The position numbers and the translations under genes are program-made. A stretch of 60,293 nt of DNA, counting the filler, from Sphacelaria rigidula (lineage: Eukaryota), in the NCBI GenBank assembly GCA_964200075.2. It is 4 parts of 4 records of this genome, joined end to end, with 100 filler letters (N's around TTAATTAATTAA, not from the genome) between each part and the next. Parts side by side here need not be neighbours in the genome. Positions count along the whole stretch, not along the records: positions 1 to 15,001 come from CAXNAA020001952.1; positions 15,102 to 30,100 come from CAXNAA020001953.1; 2 more parts are not named here. The stretch is one strand, 5' to 3'. The notes under the pieces are model-generated. The model was not told the DNA's origin. It saw nothing but the letters and a program-made list of their open reading frames with translations, and made no database searches. Positions 13,643-25,900 of this stretch are shown here, piece by piece; positions within the stretch are counted from its first letter, which is position 1, and the number at the start of each line of letters is the position of its first letter.

Positions 13643-14905
13643 GTTCGGAAAGGCACACTCGAATACGCTAGGTGCTGTGCGGAGTAATGCACCCGGGGCG
13701 ATACGAAAACCCGAAAAATTATTTTCACCGTGAAACCGCGTGGTCCGCGCTACCGAAGGCCGTTGTCGTCAGGAATACCTCTGCGATGTTTCTCGTAACT
13801 ATAGGGGGCGCATTGTCATCTGGGTCTTTTTTGCTTGTCCGAAAAATCGAGCTTTTGTTTTGCATTACCTCGTGTCGTATACTCCGTATAACAACGTAGA
13901 GTCCAGAGATCATTTTCCCTTGGTGGGGGGAGATTCGCGGATGGGTCGTCAAATAATCCAAACAGAATGTTCATCACGATTTTTGAATACGTAGGCTTGT
14001 GGGACAAAATGTACCTCGAAATTTCCCATGTAACGGAACTCTGTGCGACAGTCAAAATTCGGGTGCAGGGTGAGGAAGTGAGAGAGGGGGTGAGGGCCAA
14101 AATAGTTGCGATCACAGCGTTCTCCAGATACCAAGGACCTCGAACACGGGGGGTACAATTTCCGTGTTTTTTGTACGTAATGCTGAGTAAGTAGTGTACG
14201 CGACAGAAGTGTGGAGACTGGTATGATAGCCAAAGTAAGAAATGTTCGAACGGTTTCCACATATCATCGTGGTGCGATGATGTTGGAGTATGGCTACTGA
14301 GATTTATGGGTCGCTGACAACAAATCTGCAATAAATAGGAATGATGATAATTAACGGGGGGTGCGGGGGAGCATACTCATTCATTGCTTGCCTGAACTCA
14401 TTTGGCCAGTGATCACGTATCCATTTCGAGATGGAGCACCGTTCCTAACGGTATTGGAGACACCTCCTACATTTGTAACGGAGGACAGGAAGGGGGTGTA
14501 CTCTTCGTATTGCATGCCACAGTCATCAGACCGTTGACCTCGCATCCCTACAAACTGGGACGGAGCACGCCGCGGTGTTGTCGAACCAGGCTCGCAATCG
14601 ATCACCGAGCGCGAAGCGCCGTGATGTGTTCGGCGAGTCGCATGAGGCACGAGCTGCATCCTGCTAAGATTGATTGACCCGAAGCGTACTTACTATCTTG
14701 CATATGGATGACGACCTCACATGAGTTGCTTCATTTTCTGGTATTGCCATTTCTAGAGACAGCCGCGGGTTACACACTGCCTCATCGATGTATTGGCATT
14801 TGAACACTACGTAGTGCGATCATCCCCTATGCGCAGAGTTCATGTTCTCTACCTCGCACAATATGATCTAGCTCGACCGCCATAACTGCGGCAAAACAAT
14901 GCAGC

Positions 14906-14907
<2 letters not shown>

Positions 14908-14953
<46 letters not shown>
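14908..14953 (+). repeat. Poly-C homopolymer near the contig end
   Basis: About 46 consecutive C. Confidence 0.95.
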
Positions 14954-14955
<2 letters not shown>

Positions 14956-15001
14956 ATCCCCCGTCGGGACGCACCCTACTGCCTCCCCACCAGCCACCCC
15001 C

Positions 15002-15101
15002 NNNNNNNNNNNNNNNNNNNNNNNNNNNNNNNNNNNNNNNNNNNNTTAATTAATTAANNNNNNNNNNNNNNNNNNNNNNNNNNNNNNNNNNNNNNNNNNN
15101 N
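15002..15101. other. Artificial contig-joining spacer (N44-TTAATTAATTAA-N44)
   Basis: Exactly 100 nt with a central six-frame-stop palindrome. Identical at all three junctions. Confidence 0.97.
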
Positions 15102-15494
15102 GGCCCCCCGCCGTCAAATGCCACCCCCCCCGCGACCTGGAATCCCCCGGATGTCTCGGGACTGTGCGCCTGTACAACTGTTCCGAGGCGACGCTCGTCG
15201 TCTAAGGGTTAAACGAACAGTAGCGCTGATCCCAAACTGACCACATGCGAAGTCAGTCGATCCGGTGAAGGGTAGCAGTTGAGGGTTTACACTCAAACAT
15301 CAAGTTCGTGCCTTGCGCTCCATGAGATTAGCGTTTGTAGCATGTCGATAGACACTATTACTAGACTGCTGAAATCGGCAACCTGGGTTTCCATGCAACA
15401 TCAAAGCATGGATGGCACGCTGCCGCCTAACGGAATCCACACCGATTGCAATAACCTACACCCATGGCTATTCTCTGACCATGTAGAGACGTAC

Positions 15495-18400
15495 CTCGTC
15501 GATTCATGTACTGGCGATATACTCTCTTCTTGTGCTTCGAAATAGCCCCCTTGGCAGGTCCGCGACTGTTCTCTGCGATCCCCTTTCCTTTCGTGCTCTC
15601 GAACCCAGCAAATCCCATTAGCTTCATCATCCGTTGCTCCTGCGGAAAAGAGTATCGTCACAGAACGACGCATAACCATGGCGGACGGGGGGTTGATTTC
15701 TTCCCGCCTCGTTTTTGTTCGCTATCTGCATTGCGTCGTGAAAGTGAATTCTGGATTCCCTTTGACTAGCATTTATACTTTCACATTTGAGCGAAAATTC
15801 ACCAAAAGAGGAATTTGAAGCCAAAGTCCGTCCGGATTTCAACATTTACATCACTGCTGTGTACCTGTCGAGATATTTACCTCACTGAGCTCTTCGTCTC
15901 CATCTTCGCCATCACTGCCACTTCCAGCCGCATCATCTCCAGACTCGTCTGGGCAGTCACAAGCGGTAGAACGCATTTTGTATAGGAATATATTTTGTCA
16001 CTTGTACGATACAGTGGCCAGCGAGGGTTCCTTCCTGTGACTTCAGATGAATTTGTTCGTACCACGAGGATAAATGGGCAGTGTACCACTCATCAGCGCC
16101 GCGACTACTTTGTGATGAGAACTTATTCAACCATTACCGGTAGAACAGTGAAGCTCAACGTAGTTGTAGATCCGAATTATCAGCGACTTCCAAATATTTC
16201 AGCATATACCTTTCATTTGTCGGATCAAGTCCATCCGATTTCTGACTTCTTCCTTTTTCCGTTGCTGTTCCTCGAGCATTTTCTGCCTTTTCACGGCATT
16301 GTCTGCTCTCCGCTGCTCCTGCTTCGACGTTTTCAAAGGCTCGCCAGTTGCACTGTAGAGGTGCGCAACAACGGACGTAGTTTGACGAAATATGGTCGAT
16401 GCGCATCCGATAGTTTAGACAAGGCCAACCCCCCAACTGGCCACCGGTACGCATAGAAACGGCAGTCTATCTTTTCATGATATTGCCCGGAAAGGGGAGT
16501 TCGTGGGTTATGCCGCCTCTGGGAAGTGCGTTGGACTCTTCTCGGAGAATAGTTTGTCTCCTCAAGGTGTAACAAAAAATAGCATTTTCCGAAGATATGT
16601 TTTTCTCATACCCACGAAGCGGTCTCTTCCTCTCTTTCACCCAGAAATGCAGTGTTTGATGTCAGAGGACACCGTAACTCGTGAAGCCAACTCTAATGGG
16701 AGCCGTTTCAAATTCTTGTCGAAAACTGCCGTTTGGGCCCTTCTTCCGTCGATTTACGCCCGAAAAGAGGGCTGGGCGGATGTTGACGCTTCGGAATGAC
16801 TTGCTCTACTCGTTGAGACCGTTGTAAGGCAACTTTGCATTTCTCGCTGGCCGCACTCTTGTTTTTGACCAAATGAGGCTTAAGACGGATTTTCAGTAAA
16901 AAACGGTCAGGTGGTCAAAATGTCACCCTGTTTTTTGATCGCTTGACCGTGTTTTGTCACAAATCCGTGTTTGGCCAAAAATGAAAGTGCGGCCAGCGGA
17001 AAATGCAAAGTTGCCCTGTAACGGCCTCAATGAGTCAGTCTTACGCCAAAATATATATATTTTTAATTCGGAACATAATCCGACATCTTTTCGCCCCGAT
17101 ACGCACGCACACACCGCGCAACCCCAGATTCAGCAAGATGAGGTTCTTGTCTGTAGTCTACATGACATGTGGTCGAAGTTTCAGCACGTGAAAGCACTAA
17201 CAGCGCTTGCACTGCCGTGTCTCCTGAACTGAGCACCTCTACAGGCGATACCAAGATAGGTACCGCGTAGAATGACATCATCCAGAGTGTGCGCGATACG
17301 GATCGATGTGTTCGTTTGCCGGGGCAGGAGTCACCCAGCAGGTCATGATGTGGAAGTGAGCGTATCTGCGTGTCAACATATGCATCCACTGACGTCTCAC
17401 GCAGTCTGGGCCGAGGGGACTACGTTTTGAGGGCGTATCGATGGCATTGCCCAAAATCCGTATTTTGCTTTGTGCGTCTAGCGCACCTAGCGCACCACGT
17501 AAAACGTGCCGCCGCTCCGGGAATATGCTGTCTGTGTTGTGGTTTACATATGTGCCAAGTTTCAGGCTGGTAAGAACAGACACGGCGGATAAATCCACAA
17601 GCAACATAACCCTTGATTTGTACTGAAAATACAGAACTAAACCCTGTGAAAACGTCAAAAGATGCATGAGGTGCGTATGATTTTTGTATGCGGGAATCTG
17701 AGCAGTTGACATGTTTTTTTTTGGCGTAAGACTGGAGTACAGCAAGTCATTCCAAGGAGTGAAACGACGGAGAAGGGCGAAAACGGCAGTTTTGAACAGA
17801 AGTTTTGAACCGCTTCCGTTAGAGCCGGTCCAAGTGACTGTTCAAATTTCACGTTAGGTTACTCGTCCCATGTTACGTACCACGTATATTCTGCCGAGCA
17901 CGTCAATATCAGAACGGTATCCCCTGTCGACCTACGCTCTCCCCACCCTCTACCTCGTGCTTTTGAAGTCATTTTGTTTTCGCCAGGAATCGAAACGATT
18001 CGATTCCTGTGCACACCGCAATCCGTGCGTAAAACTTGCGCGGAGTTTTCCACACCTGAGCTACTTGTCTTCTGTCGATATCATGTATCCTATCGAGCAT
18101 ATTCAATTTTTCTTACGCGTCAATTCTCTCTGCTCTGCGGGCTACGCCGCGAATATACCCCTTATTTTTTATACACAGGCCAGTTGTCAAGCTACCGTTC
18201 CGGAAGAAAGCTGGCAGTGAGGGCGTTGATTGACCTATTGAAAGCCAGATCTCCTCAGTGGATCATGGGTCTACATCTCCACACTGATTGCCAAGACAGG
18301 TTTCGCCGCAACACCTGCCTCGAGGCGTCGAGGAAATGTATACGTTCTTGTAGAAGACACTATCAGCTACGGCTAAGAGTCCGACTCTGGTCTGTGATCA

Positions 18401-19270
18401 TGTTGACTCTAATATAGCTCGCATCTCATTGAAACACCGGCAGTAACACCCCCCACACGAGAAATACATACTACTGTCTGTACTCCGCGGACTGTCCGCC
18501 AAAAACTGTTCTGAAACGAGGTTTGGGGATGAAAAGGTTCATCATGCCGTCCATGTCCGAGGACCGTGCGGTACTGCATCTGCATCGAGTACACATTCCA
18601 TCTTCGTAGCGTATAAGGCTAGGCTTAGCTTGCCGAGGTGCCGTGGAACAGGGACAGGCTATACGTAGTCACAGTCTCCCACCGGCGGGTTTAGGCGAGT
18701 ACCAAATGGCACAACTACGGGCAAGCAACGATCGTTGATGATGCTTAAAAACTAAAGCGCAATAGACGTCAAAGTAGTGGATCGCACTCATCGGCTTATA
18801 TCGTAAACAAAGACGGACACGATACTCACACTTTGCGGTCCTTTTCTTTGGCCCTGATCTTGTCTTTGCCGTTATCCTTGCCAGCGTCACCATCTTCTCG
18901 GAAGCGTCGTCGAGGTGGGCTCCGACTACAGACGACGACAAGGCACCAGATGTTGAAGCAATTTCAATTTTCCGCGTGATTGTGCTGCGAGTTCCACATG
19001 TTCATAGCACGCTGAACTGTCGGTAGCCCAAGACAACTGATCAATGTCAAGATCATCCCACAGCGAAGACACCCCTCTACCGCCAGCTTCTGGTTACTGT
19101 ACAACAAGTACTCTCTACCTGTTGTTTCGTCTAGAGCGGTCTCTGTCTTCGTCACGATCGCGGCCTCGTCTAGAATATCCACCATCCTTGTCGCCCCGGT
19201 CTCGATCCCCGCCGCGACTTCTATCCTCCCTCGCTCCCCTTTCACGGCTCCTGCTCCGACTTCGCTTCAT
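15495..19270 (-). CDS. SNRNP27: U4/U6.U5 tri-snRNP 27 kDa protein (RS-rich N-terminus)
   Basis: Phase-consistent exons at 19270-19119 (MKRSRSRSRER...), 18925-18830, 16352-16210, 15948-15881 and 15639-15495. The conserved C-terminal motif MMKLMGFAGFESTKGK...KRVYRQYMNRRG is present. The terminal exon (expected GGFNRPLD-like) was not identified. Confidence 0.9.
16660..17872. mobile_element. Non-autonomous TIR element with a nested internal inverted repeat, in an SNRNP27 intron
   Basis: Outer arms: ctctaatgggagccgtttcaaattcttgtcgaaaactgccgtttgggcccttcttccgtcg (~16691-16751) and cgacggagaagggcgaaaacggcagttttgaacagaagttttgaaccgcttccgttagag (~17765-17824). Inner arms: ~16808-16872 and ~16970-17036. 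Confidence 0.7.
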
Positions 19271-19445
19271 TCTTGCCCAAGTTTACCTCGTGCAGCACGT
19301 CCACTGTCAGCCCAACCCATTACTTGCTCGGAATTAGTTCCCGCCTCGTGTTACGCGACATATCCATCATTTTTTGTTTTCCACATTAGGCAATCATTCA
19401 GACCAGAGGTGGGGGTACTGAACACAGTCAAATTGCGACCTCCAC

Positions 19446-22243
19446 ATGGCTATCGATCTAGAGGTACACGAATATAACCCTGCGATTCTTATCGCTATGG
19501 TTGGTGATTTTGGTTCCTGTGTTTGGCTCCATTTCTGTTTGATCTCGCGCTTTAGTAGACTATTGGGCCCTGCCTCAAGTACAGGTAGCCCGAATTGTCG
19601 CCTGCGGCACCGGAACTTATGACGTTGTTGGCCTCTCCTTCTACAATACGTCGTTTCACGCCCTGAAGGAGAGCTAGGCGGAGTTTGACACCTTGGAATG
19701 ACTCTCCCTACTCATTGAGGCGGCTCCATGACCCGATATATATATATCAAGATGAAGAAAACTTTCAAGGTCGCTCAGAGTCCAGCGAAAAATTAGGACT
19801 TGCCATGACCCTGCACGTCGGGGGTGAAGAACCTTCACCACTATACGAAGGGTCTGGTCAGGAATATATTTCGGGACACGTAGGCCCCAAGATCGAAATT
19901 TCGATTTCTTGAGGGAGGGGGCACCTAGCCTGCTGTCCCCTAGTTGAATATCGAGGCATTGGCGGATGCGGTCAGCTGCCGTGAACAGAGATTCTTGGCA
20001 TGGAGACCGCTGAGATGACAGACACACCGCCCCTCCAAGCCCATCACCTACCGTGATTATATTTTTTATGGTATCATGTTCCGTGTCGTGTGCCTCGACT
20101 ACCTGCCACTACTAATAGTCCGGGCAAATTTGGCAAGGCGTGAGATAATGTTGCTACTTTAGCTATACAGGCTGTCGCTACCGTGCGCTCGTGTATTGTA
20201 CATAGATGTGTATGAGCGTTGCCGGCATCCCACGTCATTGGGACAGGGTGGACAAGGAGCGGAAGCAAATATACGAACCTCGCAAAGCCCGCCATACTTT
20301 TCGGTTTATGTCAGTGTTTGTTGATCAATTTCTCTCAACAATTTCAACAAAGAGTTGAAAAAAATCACCAAAAAAATGTCAAAAACCACGACAATTTTCG
20401 AAAAATTGTCCTCCGGGCGGGTGGGTGGGGGGGGGGGCTCCGTGTCCGAAAATCTTCTCTTGACAGACCCTTGACTATACTGCCATATATGGATTTATTG
20501 ACATACTATATAGGTTGTTTGTTGGTGGCAGTCACCCAGATGTCTGAAATTGCCAAGACACCCGAGCATACCGCGATGTTACGCGGGCGTTGCTAATGTT
20601 GTTATGGCTACTTCTCTGAAGCTACGCCATGTACTCCACCACACGATGGTCGAGGTGTACTCCCTGTGTCGAAGACCTTTGGTCCTTTGAGGTACGCGAT
20701 GTCCGCCCCTCCCCGCCCCTGTATCATCACCAAATTTCAAACTTAAGGGCTGTCGTGTTTTTTTCGACTTCATGGCCACCCTTAATCATACACCAACGCA
20801 GCAAAATTTCGGCAACTAACTTGTTTTCTCTCAGTGTAACTACGCGGTGCCATCATTTTTCTCCCAGGAGCCATACCGTTCACCCCCTCCGGCCGATCTT
20901 TTTCGGTAAACACAGATTCACCACAACAACTTTTTCCAAGCCAAGTACGTATATATCAAAGCTCAGGCGGCATTCAGCCATCCCTCCTTCGTACAGTCTC
21001 CTTATGGACAATATTTAATGACCACCTGGTTGCGAAAACAAGCCGTCCTTCGTCAACTCTCTAGACAGAGGTCCCTGTTAGATACCTCATCGTTCTCGAC
21101 TCCAGTTAGTGTACTGATGCCAGCTAAGGGTAGAAACCAGTCAACGGTTTCGAAAATCTACAGTAAACAATACTTCTTGCCCTGATTAACGTCTAGACTA
21201 AAATCAAGCTACTTTGTTAAAGTTGTCCCACCCTCCTTTTTCCCTGAATCAAATACCGACACGATTGGGTGGGGGGTATTATTTTTATTATTTTCCCTTG
21301 CGCGCTACAAAAATAATACGACGATAGATTCACTTCACTGCAATAGAAATATAGGCAACTCGTACTTGGAGGTTTCCTGACAAACAATCGCATTTTTTCT
21401 GAAGTCTCAGACGGTGACAAAATGAACGGCGCAGTAGGATTCCATTTCCTCGATACAGCATGCCCCGCAGAAAAACGGGCGTCCTGGCATGCCTATGACT
21501 AAATCGTAACACGTTTACCCTTCAACTACAAGAACAGCAACAACGGAAACTTCAAAACCGACTATTGGAATTGCTCTTCATCTCTATCTCGAATTGGGAG
21601 ATTGTCTTCGAAAAAAGTGTGCCATATATACACGACGCATCTATCGATAGTGATTAACAGCTGACAAGCAACCGCGACCAAATGTACCCAGAACGATCCA
21701 AGCTTCTCCACGCTGATCGCGAATAATGTTGCGTGCTTTGTTCCCCGAACGGTGCCGCGAGATAGCGCACACGGCACAGCTCTCATTTCGCCTCCTCTCA
21801 TGCTGTGTGCTTGTTTTGGCTTCGATGTGCCAACGGAACAGGTGGCAGTGACTGCTTTCAACGACGCTACAGTCCATATGTTACATAGTACAAATGCCCG
21901 AGACCGCACACTTTGGGGTGGAAACAGCTCACAGCTGTCAACGCCCACTCTGTACTAGACCAAGGCGGCTCAAAGCATATGCCTTGCGTCAATTTGGAGT
22001 AATTAAGCCATGTGTGGATGCGTGCGAGCTCTACTACGGGTGGCCGGACGTGATGTGTGTTATATGTACGGCTGAATGCCAGACACTCCATTGTATCCGA
22101 CGATACGCTCTGGCAACATGCGAAGATGCGCCAATGGAGCTCACTCCTCCTTTCTTTGTGCGATCCTGTTCACGCCTTGTTTTCACGAAAACGCACATCG
22201 TCTTGAGTTCAGCCACAGGTCGAGACCTTCTCACCAGGACTCG
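19446..22243 (+). CDS. Putative multi-exon gene of unknown function, divergent from SNRNP27
   Basis: Three phase-compatible GT-AG exons (19446-19463, 19559-19584, and one starting at 19669) give MAIDLE-TIGPCLKY-RRARRSLTPWNDSPY.... Further candidate exons lie near 20620-20691 (GAG|GTACGC donor) and 21959-22243 (GVIKPCVDACELYYGWPDVMCVICT, weakly ARM-repeat-like). No family recognised. Confidence 0.3.
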
Positions 22244-22994
22244 GTAAATCGCAAGTAATTTGTACGTTGATGATAATTCGGGACAAATGGCCGATCATAG
22301 CAGCCAAAAAAAACGAATAAAAGATACATCGATATAGCACATGCTGACAAGCGGAGTACAGGAGCCGCCGACAAGTGAGGATTGAATCCGAGTGGTGACG
22401 CAAAAAAAAACAGCGCGCGGTTCTCTCGGACAAACGTCCCGCCCACATTGACCCGTTCTACATTTTCTCTGCGGCTAACAACTCAAGCCCTGTAAAACAA
22501 GAAAAGAACATCACGAGCATGACCGACCAGGGTTGAAGTGAAAAATGAAGGGCAGCACAGCACCAGGCGACGAGGGATGGTGTCCGTTTCTTGTAGGTAT
22601 ACTGTTTTGTAGTGGCACATTTTCCTTAAACGCATTTTTCACGCTGTTCTCAACCGTTACACCCTGGAACTAACACCTCTCGTTCAGTGTGGAACAGTAC
22701 CAAATGAAAAAACATCATGCCTACGCTGCACACGCATACAGGTCGCTTAGTGAGTGTTGTCAGTGTTGTTTGCCGTGTGATATGGAGCAATGTTGATGCA
22801 AAGTCAAGATGGTCTTCGTAATACTTATGGTGACGTCGTCGCACGGAAGTCTTTTGTTCATTGCTCTTGATCGTGTTGCAAGAAATCTAGCCAAGGTTTT
22901 CGCAATGTTGATATTAATCTCTAGTACCACCCAAGGAAGCAATGCCATCAGCACCGGAAACGTGGGGGGTCTTGCTCCTGGTGGAAGGTGGATA

Positions 22995-25900
22995 TCATCG
23001 ATTGCTCAACATGTTGTCCTGTTGCCGCAATAAATCTCGCAACTGGTCCGAACGCTGAGGGCAATCCCTAATGTAAGAGACCAGAGACTCCTCGAGGCGA
23101 GCAAGCATCGCTTCCGTCTGTGCTAAATCAGCGTTCCGATGGTCAACGTTCAGGAGCTCGTCGAACAAGTTGTCCCACAAGTGCACTTCCCAGTACCTGA
23201 TTGACAAAGAAACGGCCAGGATATGGGATGTGATCATGGATATTTGCGTACCCTTCACTGCATCGACAACAAAGCGCAGACGGACGGCACTATGGACCCA
23301 TACGAATCACCTGCTTGACATCTTGGGCCGAGAGTCAGGAAGAATACAGGCATACTTGCAAATACAACAAATACAACAAATACAACACCAACACCTCTAG
23401 CTCCGCAAGATATCGTCTGCCAGCGAGAGTCAGGGTGCATATTCCGCTTAAAACAAGATCAGGCGACTGGGAGATTCCCCAAGTACAATTCAACATATCG
23501 CACCTTCTGCAATGTTGTGCTGGCCGCCACCGCTGCCCGGATTCACCCGAGACGGGAGCTTGCTGACGCTGAGGATCTAAGCGCACTTCGAGGTACGTAC
23601 CATGCAGCATGAAATATATGCAGCTGCCTAACGCAAAGAGATCCGCGTCATGCTTCCAGGCCAGCCCCTGACCGGACACAACGGAACACTTGTAAAATCC
23701 TTGTGTCGGACGAGACACAAAATGATTGGTGCAAAATAAGGCGCGCATAGATGAAGGCTTGAAGGTGTATATATATATATATATATATACACATGTATAC
23801 AAGAGATAGACAGCCACGTAAAAAATTAACTAGCGGTAGTAGCGAGCTACGGCAAACCTGACGATGTAAAGCTGAATGAAAAGACACCATGGCTTATGGT
23901 GTGCAGCTGTACGGCCATGCGCTTGCTGCAGCGTACCATTAGCCCTTTGACCAATATTTTAGGTCATATGGGTCACGCCCTACTTTTTTTCAAGTGGAAG
24001 TGATGCCAATTCCGCATGCATACACACACCAACCGTCTGAGCTCACCAGCGAGCAACCCTCGGTCGATTTACTTTCCAGGGCAATACGTGAACAACAGTA
24101 CAAAACAGTAGGGTGGATGAAGTACGGCACGGTAATACAGCACACGTAGGTGTAGACAGTACACGCATAGCAGTACAGCACGGTGTGTCTGTCGTCATCC
24201 CACCTATTCTGCACGCCAGTCTACACCCGTGGGAGCTCAACAGTGAGGTGACACCTATCTGCCTATCTGCAGGGAAGAAGATATTTGACCGAAAGGTACA
24301 GTAACTAGTATAATTGATACATATGAATGCTTCAAGAACGCACCTTCCTCATCGCGGCGCAAGAAAAATTTCGGGCGCAGTAGGAACCCCTAAACTCGAT
24401 CCTCGAGCCATTCTCAGGGTAGACGGACAAATCAATTGCTCCTCCAAAATCGATCAAGGACAAAGAATGTGCCCTGCGTTGAAGGGCTTGACCTTTCCGG
24501 ACAACTTGTGCTGTCCCGAAGGGGGGCGTCAGTAGCCAGTTGTCTGGTTTCATATCCATGTGCAGGATAGCAACCTTGTGCATACCCCTGCAGAATCGCA
24601 GCATCTGCGCAGCGGGCGGTTACGTGTGAGCACCATGACTTCGGGAAGACATATGGGCAGGAGTATAACTACATCGCCATGACAAAGCCTGTTCGCGAAA
24701 GCGCATCAGTCGTGAATGCGTGGTTCAAGCTGTGGGGAGCACCGCACTCGGGTGCCAGTACTCTGATAAATTCAACGTCAAGGCGACGTCCTCCTTCACT
24801 TATCAAGAAGAAGTTACCTACTGCAAGCACGTGTTGATCTCACCTCGATGGCATAATGCATCGCCACAAGCTGAGGCATACTCTCGGCACGCTTGGCGTA
24901 CGCAACAACGAGGTCATGCAGCGTCCCGGACGAACCTTGAGGCATCATCATCGCACATCCGTCTCGGTAAAAGAACACGCCATCCGGCTTCACCACCTGA
25001 CAACAAAACATGTGCATGGCGGGAAAATATGTTGCTAGAGTCTTGCGAAACAACTGTAGGTGGCGTATTTGACCTTGTGGATCATTCAAGTTTTTTAGTT
25101 GATAAGGTATGGCGAGGCATAGACGCATTGATAACTATCGCACCTGACTCGACAACTGGTACAGGCAATCTCCCCCCTCACGAGGAAGACGACGGAGTCT
25201 TTCGTGTAGCTGAAGAATGATGAAACACTCCCACGGAAGAGTTGGCGCCTTCTCCTGTCACACGAGATGAACAAAAACAGTTTCCACGTAGCATTCTAAA
25301 ACTATATTTTTAGCTTGCATGCCACGAACAAAGCGCCAGAAAGATGGGATCGTTAATATCCTAAGGATATAGTCCTTGGGATACCTACATCTTGAGGTAT
25401 TCACATCCTCATCCCAACACAACCTTTAAACCAGAAATAGGGTAAACGCCCACACCATCGTATTAATACAACATCATTATCGCATGGAGTAGACCCCGAA
25501 GGGGAAAGTACGATCGTCGTGGGTCGACTGCACCTGACCCAACCCCGGACATTATCCTGACCTCGCCCCCAAACCATCGTACCTCGGGCGGAAATAATGT
25601 TTCTGAAACTGCAATGTAGTGAATCTTGGTATTGCCCTCACCTCTCGTTCAATTTTCACAGCCATGGTTCCCGGTTTTCCGACGACCTTACAAGAAAACA
25701 CATCAGCGAAACTTCCTTTCCCCAGCAGACCCAGCACATCAATCGACTTGGTCCCCAGACGGTGCCGTGCCAGGGGTTGTTGACGTGGGCCATGCTTTAC
25801 CTTCCCCATTTTACGCGACCATTGTGCCCCCAACGACTCGTGCCTGAGTAGTGCATTTAGTTCAAGTTAATCCTTGCAAGACAGAATGAGAGGACGCACT

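Noticed and set aside
15046..15057. TTAATTAATTAA palindrome as a biological site recurring every ~15.1 kb
   Set aside because: It is always centred in 44+44 Ns and is an artificial six-frame-stop linker.
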